46,002 nt of DNA from a candidate division FCPU426 bacterium. GTDB lineage: Bacteria > Oederibacteriota > Muellerivitia > Muellerivitales > Muellerivitaceae. Under the pieces are notes generated by a model. The model was not told the DNA's origin and ran no database searches. It saw only the letters and a list, made by a program, of their open reading frames with translations. The position numbers and the translations under genes are program-made. The stretch covers positions 1 through 46,002 of the forward strand of contig JASHQZ010000153.1 in assembly GCA_030038835.1 (NCBI GenBank), in the 5' to 3' direction. Shown one piece after another: positions 26,685-35,280 of this stretch (position 1 is the stretch's first letter; every line of letters begins with the position of its first letter).

Positions 26685-27800
26685 GTGGAAGGGAACAAGA
26701 AACGAATCATCATCACCGGCGGAGGCACGGGGGGGCACATTTTCCCCGGAATCGCCATCGCCCGGGAGCTGTCGAGGCATCCGGAGGTTCAAGTGCTTTA
26801 CGTGGGTAAGGCCGAAGGGCTGGAATCCAAATGGGTCCCGGACTCGGGGTTTGAGTTCGAGGGCATCCAAGCCAGCGGTTTCCCACGGGGGTTTTCGGCC
26901 AAGTTTTTCGCCTTTTGGCTGGATTTCGCCAAGGGAATGGCCCAGGCGGGCCGGATCCTGCGGCGTTTCCGGCCGGACGTTATTTTTTCAACGGGAGGTT
27001 ACGTGTCAGTGCCGGTATCGCTGGCGGCGGCCTTGAGGGGCGTCCCGGTGGGGTTGTTCGAGCCCAACGTCGCGCCAGGGTTGGCGGCCCGGTTTTTATC
27101 TTTTTTCTCAAGGAGGATTTTCGTCGGGTTTGAGGACACTTTAAAACGCCTTTCGAAAAGGAGAACCCAATGGACGGGAATTCCGGTACGGGAAGAAATC
27201 ATCACGGCGGACAAGCGGAAAGCGCGGGAGAGCCTCGGGCTGAGCCTGGATACGGCCACTCTCCTGATGCTGGGCGGCAGTCAGGGGGCGCATACGCTCA
27301 ACCAGCACATGACGGATGTGATCAAGTTTTTGGGGGAGGGGGACCAGAAGGTCCAAGTGATCATGATGACCGGCTGGAACGATTACCGCAAGACGGTGGA
27401 CCAACTGGAAAACTGCGGCCTCAAGGTGGTTTTGAGGCCCTTTATCAGCAACATCCACGAAGCCTACGCGGCGGCCGACCTGGTGGTGGCCCGATCCGGA
27501 GCCATGACCTGCGCCGAAGCCTTAAGCCGGGGATTGCCGGCTCTTTTTATTCCCTATCCCCACGCTTCCGGACACCAGGAGATGAATGCGAGGGCCTTGG
27601 AGAGGGCTGGATCGGCAGTCGTGATTACCGAAAAGGAGCTGGACGACGAAAGCCTCACCCGGATGCTGATTTCCCTCCTTTCGGATGAGGGCCAATTGGA
27701 GGCGATGGGCGAGGCCGCCCGCAAACTGGCCAAGCCGGGGGCGGCCGCCGAGATCGTGAGAGGCCTGCTCGAGATGGCGGAAAAGAAGGGAATCAAGTGA
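26685..27800 (+). CDS. murG: Lipid II synthase MurG
   Basis: GGGTGGHIFP, TGGYVS, GIPVR, GGSQGA, RSGAMTCAE, HQEMNA. Confidence 0.97.
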   Translation: MEGNKKRIIITGGGTGGHIFPGIAIARELSRHPEVQVLYVGKAEGLESKWVPDSGFEFEGIQASGFPRGFSAKFFAFWLDFAKGMAQAGRILRRFRPDVIFSTGGYVSVPVSLAAALRGVPVGLFEPNVAPGLAARFLSFFSRRIFVGFEDTLKRLSKRRTQWTGIPVREEIITADKRKARESLGLSLDTATLLMLGGSQGAHTLNQHMTDVIKFLGEGDQKVQVIMMTGWNDYRKTVDQLENCGLKVVLRPFISNIHEAYAAADLVVARSGAMTCAEALSRGLPALFIPYPHASGHQEMNARALERAGSAVVITEKELDDESLTRMLISLLSDEGQLEAMGEAARKLAKPGAAAEIVRGLLEMAEKKGIK

Positions 27801-29200
27801 AAGTTAAAACCAAAATCCAAACCCTGCCCTTCGCCAACGTGCGGAGGGTCCATTTCATCGGCATTGGCGGGGCCGGCATGAGCGGTATCGCCGCGGTGCT
27901 CCTAAGCCTGCACTACGAGGTCACGGGCTCGGACCTGAAGGCCTCCGACGTGACGGACCGACTCGTGGAAATGGGCGCCCAGATCCACTTCGGCCACAAG
28001 GCGGGGAACGTGGCCGGGGCGGATGTCGCGGTTTATTCCGCAGCCGTGCCCATGGACAACCCGGAGATCCAGGAGGCCCATAAAAGGGCCATCCCGGTCA
28101 TCGCGCGCACGGAAATGCTGGCCGAGTTGATGCGCCTGAAGTACGGCATCGCCATCTCGGGCACCCACGGCAAGACCACCACCACCTCCATGATCGGACT
28201 GGTCATGACCGAGGCGGGCTTGGATCCCACCCTGGTCATCGGCGGCCAGGTGGATGTGTTCAAATCCAACGCCAAGCTGGGCAAGGGCGACTACCTGGTG
28301 GCCGAGGCCTGCGAGGCTTTCGGCGAGTTTTTCCTGCTTTCCCCCATGATCTCCATCGTCACCAATATCGACGACGACCACTTGGACTATTACGGTTCCA
28401 TCGACAAGGTGCGGGACGCCTTCGTCACCTTCGCCAACAAGGTGCCCTTTTACGGCTGCGTGATACTCGGCGTCGACGACAAACAAGTGCAGATGATCCT
28501 GCCCCAGATCAAACGCCGCATCATGACCTACGGCTTCTCCAGGGAAGCGCAGGTGTCGGCGCACAAGGTCAGACTCGAAAAGGCGGGTTCGGCCTTCGGA
28601 GTCGCCTTCCAGGGGAAAAAACTTGGGGCCGTCCGGTTGAACGTGCCGGGGCGGTTCAACATCCAAAACGCACTGGCGGCGGTGGCCGTGGGGCTGGAAC
28701 TCAAGGTCCCCTTCAAGAAGATCGCGGCCGGCCTCGTCCGCTTCCGCGGCGCCAAGAGGCGTTTCGAGGCCAAGGGCACCTACAAGGGAGCCGCGGTTAT
28801 GGACGATTATGCCCACCATCCCACGGCCGTGGCCGAAACCCTGAAGGCGGCCCGCAATTTCGCGGGCAACAAGAAGCTCCTGGTGGTGTTCCAACCCCAC
28901 CTTTTTTCCCGGACCCAGCTTTTGCGCGACAAGTTCGGTAAATCCTTCGGCGACGCGGATGAGGTGGTGATCGCGGCCATCTATCCCTCCCGGGAAAAGC
29001 CCATTCCCGGGGTTACGGGCATGACCCTGGTGGAGGCCCTACGGGAGAACATTCATCCCGACGTTCGTTACATCGAAGACCGAACGGCGTTGTTGGAATA
29101 CCTGAAGAGCCGTTTAACGGACCGATACGTGTTAATGACCATGGGCGCGGGGGACATTTGGAAAGTGGGGACCGACCTCGTCCAAAAACACAAAGGCTGA
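27797..29200 (+). CDS. murC: UDP-MurNAc--L-Ala ligase
   Basis: FIGIGGAGMSG, GTHGKTTT, DHLD, DDYAHHP, FQPH, MGAGD. Confidence 0.98.
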   Translation: MKVKTKIQTLPFANVRRVHFIGIGGAGMSGIAAVLLSLHYEVTGSDLKASDVTDRLVEMGAQIHFGHKAGNVAGADVAVYSAAVPMDNPEIQEAHKRAIPVIARTEMLAELMRLKYGIAISGTHGKTTTTSMIGLVMTEAGLDPTLVIGGQVDVFKSNAKLGKGDYLVAEACEAFGEFFLLSPMISIVTNIDDDHLDYYGSIDKVRDAFVTFANKVPFYGCVILGVDDKQVQMILPQIKRRIMTYGFSREAQVSAHKVRLEKAGSAFGVAFQGKKLGAVRLNVPGRFNIQNALAAVAVGLELKVPFKKIAAGLVRFRGAKRRFEAKGTYKGAAVMDDYAHHPTAVAETLKAARNFAGNKKLLVVFQPHLFSRTQLLRDKFGKSFGDADEVVIAAIYPSREKPIPGVTGMTLVEALRENIHPDVRYIEDRTALLEYLKSRLTDRYVLMTMGAGDIWKVGTDLVQKHKG

Positions 29201-29343
29201 AAGACGGGATTGGCCGGGGAAAGGCGGGGGACTCCAAGATGAGGATCTGGGAATGATGAAGCGAAAAATGAAATTAAATCCGAGCGATCCTTTAAGTTTT
29301 CCCCGCGGACTTCGCGCTTTCGCGGTGAAGGGTCGGTTTTGAC

Positions 29344-30312
29344 GTGCTAACGATGGAAAGGGAAACCGTGGATTTCGGGGAGCTCAAACATTTGATCAAG
29401 GGAAAGGTGGAGTTCGACCACCCCATTGCCCCTTATACCACCTACCACTTGGGCGGGAAGGCGGCAGCTTTCGTGGAGCCCCAAACCCTCCAAGACCTCG
29501 CCGAACTCCTGCGCTGCCTGACCCACGCGGGGGCGCCTTACCTGGTGCTGGGCGGCGGCAGCAACGTGCTTTTCGCCGACGGGGGTTTCCGGGGGGTCGT
29601 GATCCGCCTAGGGCGGGGGTTCCAAGGCCTTCGCATCGAAGGCGACCGGGTGTGGGCTAAGGCCGGCACCAAGCTGGTGACGGTCCTCACTAAGGCCAGG
29701 GAGGCGGGGTTGGGCGGTGTGGAATTCTTTGCCGGTATCCCCGGCACCCTCGGCGGGGCGGTGGTGGGCAACGCGGGCGCCAAAAAGGCCTGGATTGGCC
29801 CGACGGTGGAGGAATTGACCATCGTGACGCCCCACGGCCAGGTAAAGCAGCTGAAAAAGGCGGATTACAAGTACGGCTACCGCAATTCGTCCTTGAAATT
29901 GAGCGGCAACGTGCTGGTGGAAGTGGCACTGAAGCTGAAGAAGGAACCCAAAGCCGAAATTGAGAAAAAGGTGAAGGAATATTTCAAAATCCGCCGGGGC
30001 AAGCAGCCCAAGACGGAAAGGAACGCGGGCAGCGTGTTCAAGAACCCCGAAGGCAATTTCGCGGGAAGGCTGACCGAATCCGTGGGGTTGAAGGGGTTCA
30101 AGGTCGGCGGTGCCAGGGTCAGCGAGATCCACGCCAACTTCATCATCAACGAAGGCACCGCCACCGCCCATGACGTGGCGGCCGTGATGCGGGAAATCCA
30201 GAAGCGGGTCTGGGCGGAGTACCAGATCCGGCTGGAACCCGAAGTCCTGCCACTGGGGGATTGGGATTGGGACGATATCAAGGATGTTTTTTGGAATTTG
30301 AAGGGCCGCTAA
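29344..30312 (+). CDS. murB: UDP-N-acetylenolpyruvoylglucosamine reductase
   Basis: LGGGSNVL, GIPGTLGGAVVGNAGA, YRNS, NAGSVFKNP, HANFIIN; alternative ATG at 29353. Confidence 0.97.
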   Translation: MLTMERETVDFGELKHLIKGKVEFDHPIAPYTTYHLGGKAAAFVEPQTLQDLAELLRCLTHAGAPYLVLGGGSNVLFADGGFRGVVIRLGRGFQGLRIEGDRVWAKAGTKLVTVLTKAREAGLGGVEFFAGIPGTLGGAVVGNAGAKKAWIGPTVEELTIVTPHGQVKQLKKADYKYGYRNSSLKLSGNVLVEVALKLKKEPKAEIEKKVKEYFKIRRGKQPKTERNAGSVFKNPEGNFAGRLTESVGLKGFKVGGARVSEIHANFIINEGTATAHDVAAVMREIQKRVWAEYQIRLEPEVLPLGDWDWDDIKDVFWNLKGR

Positions 30313-30327
30313 GGAAAAGCGGCGTGG

Positions 30328-31317
30328 TTGACCGACACCTTGGACAACGCGGTTGGGAAAATCAGAGGACTGGAGCGCGAGATGAAAGTCGGCGTTTTGA
30401 TGGGGGGATGGAGCCCGGAAAAAAAAATTTCCATGATGTCCGGGAAAGGCGTGGTGGAAGGGTTGAAAAAGGCGGGGATTAAAGCCGTGCCGCTGGTTTT
30501 AACCGCGGCGGATAAGGATGAAAAACAGCTGGAAAAGAGGATTAAGGCCGCCAAGTTGGACGCGGTTTTCATCGCCTTACACGGCGGGTTTGGGGAGGAC
30601 GGAACCTTGCAGGCTTTGTTGGACAAATGGGGGGTGGCCTATACCGGCTCGGGGGCCCTGGCCTGCGGATTGGCCATGCACAAAGGCTGCTCCAAGCTCG
30701 TTTTTGAGGCCAACGCGATTCCCACGGCCCCTTGGCAGGCCTTGCATAAGAGTTGGGGGAAAGGGAAGCGGCTCAAGGAAATCAGGCTGGGCTTTCCCCT
30801 GGTGGTCAAACCCGCCGACGTCGGCTCGGCCATCGGTGTGACCATCGTGAAAAAAAGGGATGAACTGGTGAAAGCCATCCAAAAGGCCTTCCAATACAGT
30901 CCTTGGGCCATCGTGGAGAAATTCGTTCCCGGCGTTGAGGTGACCGTCACAGTCCTGGGGCGAAAGGCCTTGCCCGTCATCGAAATCGTGCCAAAAAACG
31001 AATTCTACGACTTTGACGCCAAATACACGCCGGGCCAATCCGACCATGTGGTCCCGGCCCGCATTGCGGCCAAGAACGCCCAAAAAGTGAAGGCCTATGC
31101 GGTCCGGGCGGGAAAGGCCATGGGCTGCGAGGACTATTACCGCGTGGACTTCATCGTCCCCGGGAGCGGGGAGCCGCGGATCCTGGAAGTGAACACTGCG
31201 CCCGGCATGACCGCCACCAGCCTGGTGCCGGACGCGGCCAAGGCGGCGGGCATGGCATTCCCGCAGTTCTTGAAAACGGTGGTTGGCATGGCGCTCAAAA
31301 GGAGGAAAAAAGCCTGA
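30328..31317 (+). CDS. ddl: D-alanine--D-alanine ligase
   Basis: LHGGFGEDG, YTGSG, PLVVKP, FYDFDAKY, RVDF, LEVNTAPGMT; alternative ATG at 30382. Confidence 0.96.
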   Translation: MTDTLDNAVGKIRGLEREMKVGVLMGGWSPEKKISMMSGKGVVEGLKKAGIKAVPLVLTAADKDEKQLEKRIKAAKLDAVFIALHGGFGEDGTLQALLDKWGVAYTGSGALACGLAMHKGCSKLVFEANAIPTAPWQALHKSWGKGKRLKEIRLGFPLVVKPADVGSAIGVTIVKKRDELVKAIQKAFQYSPWAIVEKFVPGVEVTVTVLGRKALPVIEIVPKNEFYDFDAKYTPGQSDHVVPARIAAKNAQKVKAYAVRAGKAMGCEDYYRVDFIVPGSGEPRILEVNTAPGMTATSLVPDAAKAAGMAFPQFLKTVVGMALKRRKKA

Positions 31318-32333
31318 TGTATTACCGGGGTTCACGGGTTCCTCTAAGTGAAAAATCGCCCCGGTTCCATACGGCGGGCGTGACCTATGGCGTCCGCCTT
31401 AAGGCGGACAAAACCGAAAGGGGAGGCGGAAAACGCCTTTTCCTCCATTGGGGGCAAACAAAGGAAAAGCCAACGCCGTTCCGGAGCCAGGCGGCGCATG
31501 CCTTTTACAGGCCCGGGGTCACGCCGGTGGAGGAGACGCCGGCCTATTCGGCCAGGAAAAAGGCCTGGGCGCCCCGGATACCGGGCTTCTCCCGATTCGC
31601 CTGGATCCTCAAGCTGGCGGGACTGGCGCTCCTGGCGCTGGCCGTGGTTTGGTCGAAAAACAGAACCACCGCCATGCTCCAGGACGTGGCGGGGTTGAAG
31701 CTGGAAAGGGTGAGCGTGGACGGAAACCATTATCTAAGCGATGACGAGGTCATCCAAACCGCGGCCCTGCCGCTGGGGGAAAGCATGTTCAGGCTGGATT
31801 TAAACGGGGCGCTGGAAAGGGTCCAGAAGATGGACTGGGTGGACAGCGCCTTCATTGAAAGGCGCCTGCCCCGCTCTATCGTGATTTCCGTGCGCGAACG
31901 CAGGCCCGTGGCCCTTTTGGATAGCGGCGACCTTTACGGCGTGGGCCCGGATGGGAGGGTTTTGCCGCCTGCGCCGGCCCTTTTGCGGGAAGACCTGCCG
32001 CTCATTTCTGGATTGGCGGTCAAGGCGGACGACTGGGGAACCACCGCCACGGCGGAGGCTTTGAAACCGGCATTGGATTTTTTGTCCTTCCTCCGGAAAA
32101 AGGACCCGGTTTTAGCCCAGGACGTTTCGGAGGTCAACCTTTCGGAGGCGGATTCTTTGAAAGTGACGTTCATCGACGGCATCCAGGCCACCTTCAACAC
32201 GCCGGTCGACGAGACCGAACTGCGGCGCATGGCGCTTGTTTTGAGCGATTTGAGCGGCAAGGGAAAACACGCGGCCGCCATGGATTTCCGGTACCGCGGA
32301 ATGGTGCTGGTCAAAACGAGGGAGGCGCAATGA
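31317..32333 (+). CDS. ftsQ: Cell division protein FtsQ/DivIB
   Basis: Long basic N-terminus, single TM, POTRA (VSVDGNHYLS...WVDSAFIERRLP...ERRPVA), C-terminal DFRY. Confidence 0.9.
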   Translation: MYYRGSRVPLSEKSPRFHTAGVTYGVRLKADKTERGGGKRLFLHWGQTKEKPTPFRSQAAHAFYRPGVTPVEETPAYSARKKAWAPRIPGFSRFAWILKLAGLALLALAVVWSKNRTTAMLQDVAGLKLERVSVDGNHYLSDDEVIQTAALPLGESMFRLDLNGALERVQKMDWVDSAFIERRLPRSIVISVRERRPVALLDSGDLYGVGPDGRVLPPAPALLREDLPLISGLAVKADDWGTTATAEALKPALDFLSFLRKKDPVLAQDVSEVNLSEADSLKVTFIDGIQATFNTPVDETELRRMALVLSDLSGKGKHAAAMDFRYRGMVLVKTREAQ

Positions 32334-32485
32334 AAGCGCAAAGGATCTTCCGGTCCTACCGGAAGAAATTGAAAAAAATGGTGGCGCGCCCGCTGAAGGA
32401 AGTAGGCCGCGCCAAACAGGTGAATTTGAAAATGATCAAGGTCTGTTTCGGACCCTGCCGCTGTTTCTCGGCGGCGAAACGATAA
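32330..32485 (+). CDS. Small basic protein (51 aa) with C-x3-C-x-C, not in the ORF track
   Basis: GGAGG 32321; ATGA overlap with the ftsQ stop; MKAQRIFRSYRKKLKKMVARPLKEVGRAKQVNLKMIKVCFGPCRCFSAAKR; mostly G/C third positions. Confidence 0.6.
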   Translation: MKAQRIFRSYRKKLKKMVARPLKEVGRAKQVNLKMIKVCFGPCRCFSAAKR

Positions 32486-32594
32486 AGGCAACCAGGGACG
32501 GGGAGTTGGAAATTAGGAATCTTGATGGTTTTTCAACGCGGGAGCATTGAAAAACTTCGGTAACTCAAAATTGATTTAGAGGGGGGTGGGTTGG

Positions 32595-33848
32595 ATGGCC
32601 AAGGAAATCAAGCAGGACATCGTGGTGGGGCTGGATCTGGGCACCACCAAGGTCTGCACCATCATCGGCGAACAGGACGACGAGGGACAGGTGCACATCA
32701 TCGGCGTGGGCACCACCCCCTCCACGGGCCTGAAGAAAGGCTCGGTGGTCAACATCGAGCAAACCATCGCCTCCATCAAGAAGTCCGTGCAGGACGCCGA
32801 GCGCATGGCGGGCGTGGCGGTTTCCTCCGTCTTCGCGGGAGTGGCGGGTGGGCACATCAAGGGACTGAACAGCCGGGGGGTCATCGCGGTGTCCCGTAAG
32901 GACAAGGAAATCACCGAGGACGACCGGGAGAGGGTCATCGAGGCGGCCCAGGCCATCGCCATCCCCTTGGACCGGGAGATCATCCACGTGATTCCCCAGG
33001 AATACATCGTGGACGACCAGGACGGCATCAAGAACCCCGTGGGCATGTCGGGGGTGAGGCTGGAATCCGAGGTGCATGTGGTGACGGGGGCCGTCACCAG
33101 CGTGCAAAACATCGTGCGGAGCGTGGAGAGGGCCGGATTGCAGGTGGCGGACATCATCCTGCAACCCCTGGCCTCGGCCGAGGCCATCCTGTCGGCGGAC
33201 GAGAAAGAACTGGGAGTAGTGCTGATCGACATCGGCGGCGGAACCACGGACATCGCGGTCTTCATCAACGGCGCCCTCTGGCACACGGGCATCATCACCT
33301 TGGGGGGGACACTGGTGACCAGCGACGTGGCCGTAGGGCTGCGCACGCCCAATACCGAAGCTGAAAGCATCAAGATCCAGTATGGGTGCGCCTATACGGC
33401 CATGGTGAAGGAAGAAGAGGAAATCACCGTGCCCGGCGTGGGGGGAAGGCCCGACCGGCGCATGCCACGGCGGGTGCTTTCCGAGATCATTGAGGCCCGC
33501 ATGGAGGAAATCTTCGAACTGGTGGGCTCTGAGCTGAAAAAACACGGATTTGAGGACCGCATCCCGGCCGGGGCGGTCATCACGGGAGGCGCGGCCCTGA
33601 TGGAAGGCACGGCCGAACTGGCGGAGAAGATCCTGCAGCTTCCGGTGCGTATCGGCTCGCCTAAGCGGGTGGGGGGGCTCACGGACGTGGTGTCCAACCC
33701 CAGCTATTCCACGGCCGTGGGGCTGGTATTGATGGGCACCCAGGCCCAAAACCCGCAGGGCGGCAGGAAGGGAACCGGATTTTCGGGCGGCGACGCCTTT
33801 GGAAACATCCTGGCCCGCATGAAGAAATGGTTCGGCGACTCAATATGA
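32595..33848 (+). CDS. ftsA: Cell division protein FtsA
   Basis: GLDLGTTKV, PVGMSGVRLE, IDIGGGTTD, TGGAA; C-terminal amphipathic helix ILARMKKWFGDSI. Confidence 0.98.
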   Translation: MAKEIKQDIVVGLDLGTTKVCTIIGEQDDEGQVHIIGVGTTPSTGLKKGSVVNIEQTIASIKKSVQDAERMAGVAVSSVFAGVAGGHIKGLNSRGVIAVSRKDKEITEDDRERVIEAAQAIAIPLDREIIHVIPQEYIVDDQDGIKNPVGMSGVRLESEVHVVTGAVTSVQNIVRSVERAGLQVADIILQPLASAEAILSADEKELGVVLIDIGGGTTDIAVFINGALWHTGIITLGGTLVTSDVAVGLRTPNTEAESIKIQYGCAYTAMVKEEEEITVPGVGGRPDRRMPRRVLSEIIEARMEEIFELVGSELKKHGFEDRIPAGAVITGGAALMEGTAELAEKILQLPVRIGSPKRVGGLTDVVSNPSYSTAVGLVLMGTQAQNPQGGRKGTGFSGGDAFGNILARMKKWFGDSI

Positions 33849-34003
33849 TTTCTGGGAAGCTCACCACGGGATGGTTCGGAGACTCCATCCAGAGGCTTAA
33901 GGAAAAGTCTTCACCTGAAGTAATGGGGAAGTCGGACAGCAAGCCGGTAGCTGATGGATACCGGCCCTCACGAAGTCAAAAGAGGGGGAAAAGAAATGAT
34001 TGA
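33845..34003 (+). CDS. Putative 52-aa ORF bridging ftsA and ftsZ, not in the ORF track
   Basis: ATGA overlap with the ftsA stop; TGA ends 8 nt into ftsZ; MISGKLTTGWFGDSIQRLKEKSSPEVMGKSDSKPVADGYRPSRSQKRGKRND; no SD and weak codon bias. Confidence 0.4.
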   Translation: MISGKLTTGWFGDSIQRLKEKSSPEVMGKSDSKPVADGYRPSRSQKRGKRND

Positions 34004-35159
34004 GTTCGCAGAAGACGATGTGACACAGTACCTGGCCCATCTGAAGGTCATCGGGGTGGGCGGCGGCGGGTGTAACGCCGTCAATAAGATGATCGAAGCC
34101 GGCATTGAAGGGGTGGAATGCATCGCGGCCAACACGGACTACAAGTCCCTGCGCCGCAGCAAGGCCATCAAGAAAATCCAGCTGGGCAAGGCCCTGACCA
34201 AGGGCCTGGGCTCGGGCGGCAACCCCACCATCGGAAAAGAAGCCGCGATGGAATCCACCGACGAAATCACCAAGTGCCTGGAGGGCGCCGACATGGTGGT
34301 GGTGGCCGCAGGCATGGGCGGCGGCACGGGCACAGGCGCGGCCCCAGTGGTGGCCGAAATCTCCAAAAAGCTAGGCATCCTGACCGTGGGCGTGTTGAGC
34401 CGCCCCTTTGAGCACGAGGGCCCGGTGCGCAAGGCCCAAGCCGAGGACGGGTTGCGCGCCATGATGCCCCACGTGGACGCCGTCGTGGTGATCCCCAACG
34501 AGCGCATCAACCTGGTATGCGAGCAGGATGTGGACCTGGCCTCCGCCTTCGCCCGCGTGGACGAGGTGCTCGTGCAGGCCATCCAGGGAATCTCGGTCAT
34601 TATCCACTCCGAGGGCATCATCAACCGTGACTTCGCCGATGTGCGGCGCATTTTGACCGCCAAGGGCAAGGTGCTGATGGGTATGGGCACGGGCACGGGC
34701 GAGGACCGGGCCCTGAAGGCGGTGCAAAAGGCCGTCAACAGCCCGCTTTTGGAGGATGTGGACATTGCCGGAGCCACCGCCGTGCTGGTGTTGGTGACCG
34801 CAGGGGCCAATTTCACCCTGAACGAGTTCAACCAGATCAACGGTTTCCTGCAAAAGGCCTCCCGGCCCGGCGCCGAAATCATCCCCGGCATCGTGCGGGA
34901 CGAGAACCTGAAGGATGGCCTGAGGGTCACCATCATCGCTACGGGTTTCGAGGCCCAGAAGGATCCCGACCAAATGGCCACGGTGATCGACCTGAAGAAT
35001 TTCGTCACGCCCAACTTCAACACGGCCAAGGCTAGCTCGTCCCAGACCGCCTCCCTCGAGGAAGTGGAAGGGGATATGACGCTTAAATTGTCCGACGGGC
35101 AGTACGATATTCCGGCTTACTTGCGGCGCCGATTGGCCAGCAAGCCATTTCAGAATTGA
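33996..35159 (+). CDS. ftsZ: Cell division protein FtsZ
   Basis: GVGGGGCNAV, GMGGGTGTG tubulin signature, INRDFADV T7 loop, C-terminal DIPAYLRR; ATG 33996 after GAGGGGG. Confidence 0.99.
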   Translation: MIEFAEDDVTQYLAHLKVIGVGGGGCNAVNKMIEAGIEGVECIAANTDYKSLRRSKAIKKIQLGKALTKGLGSGGNPTIGKEAAMESTDEITKCLEGADMVVVAAGMGGGTGTGAAPVVAEISKKLGILTVGVLSRPFEHEGPVRKAQAEDGLRAMMPHVDAVVVIPNERINLVCEQDVDLASAFARVDEVLVQAIQGISVIIHSEGIINRDFADVRRILTAKGKVLMGMGTGTGEDRALKAVQKAVNSPLLEDVDIAGATAVLVLVTAGANFTLNEFNQINGFLQKASRPGAEIIPGIVRDENLKDGLRVTIIATGFEAQKDPDQMATVIDLKNFVTPNFNTAKASSSQTASLEEVEGDMTLKLSDGQYDIPAYLRRRLASKPFQN

Positions 35160-35194
35160 CGAATGAAACCTTGAAATAAAATTGGATTTCATTC

Positions 35195-35263
35195 GTCATC
35201 CTGAGTGAAACGGAGGACTCGGGTTTGAACAAAGGTTCGCCGCTAAAAATCGCTCAGAATGAA
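35195..35263. repeat. REP-like palindromic element after ftsZ
   Basis: GTCATCCTGAGTGA...TCGCTCAGAATGA inverted termini. Confidence 0.7.
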
Positions 35264-35280
35264 AACTTAGGAACTTAGGA

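Noticed and set aside
33720-33848. Programmed -1 frameshift from ftsA into the downstream micro-ORF
   Set aside because: The -1 frame is open, but no in-frame X-XXY-YYZ slippery heptamer was found.
7641-35192. Long antisense and alternate-frame ORFs (e.g. 7641-8990, 19108-20400, 27902-28900, 32565-33749)
   Set aside because: Shadow frames of GC3-biased genes with clear identities; no recognisable motifs.
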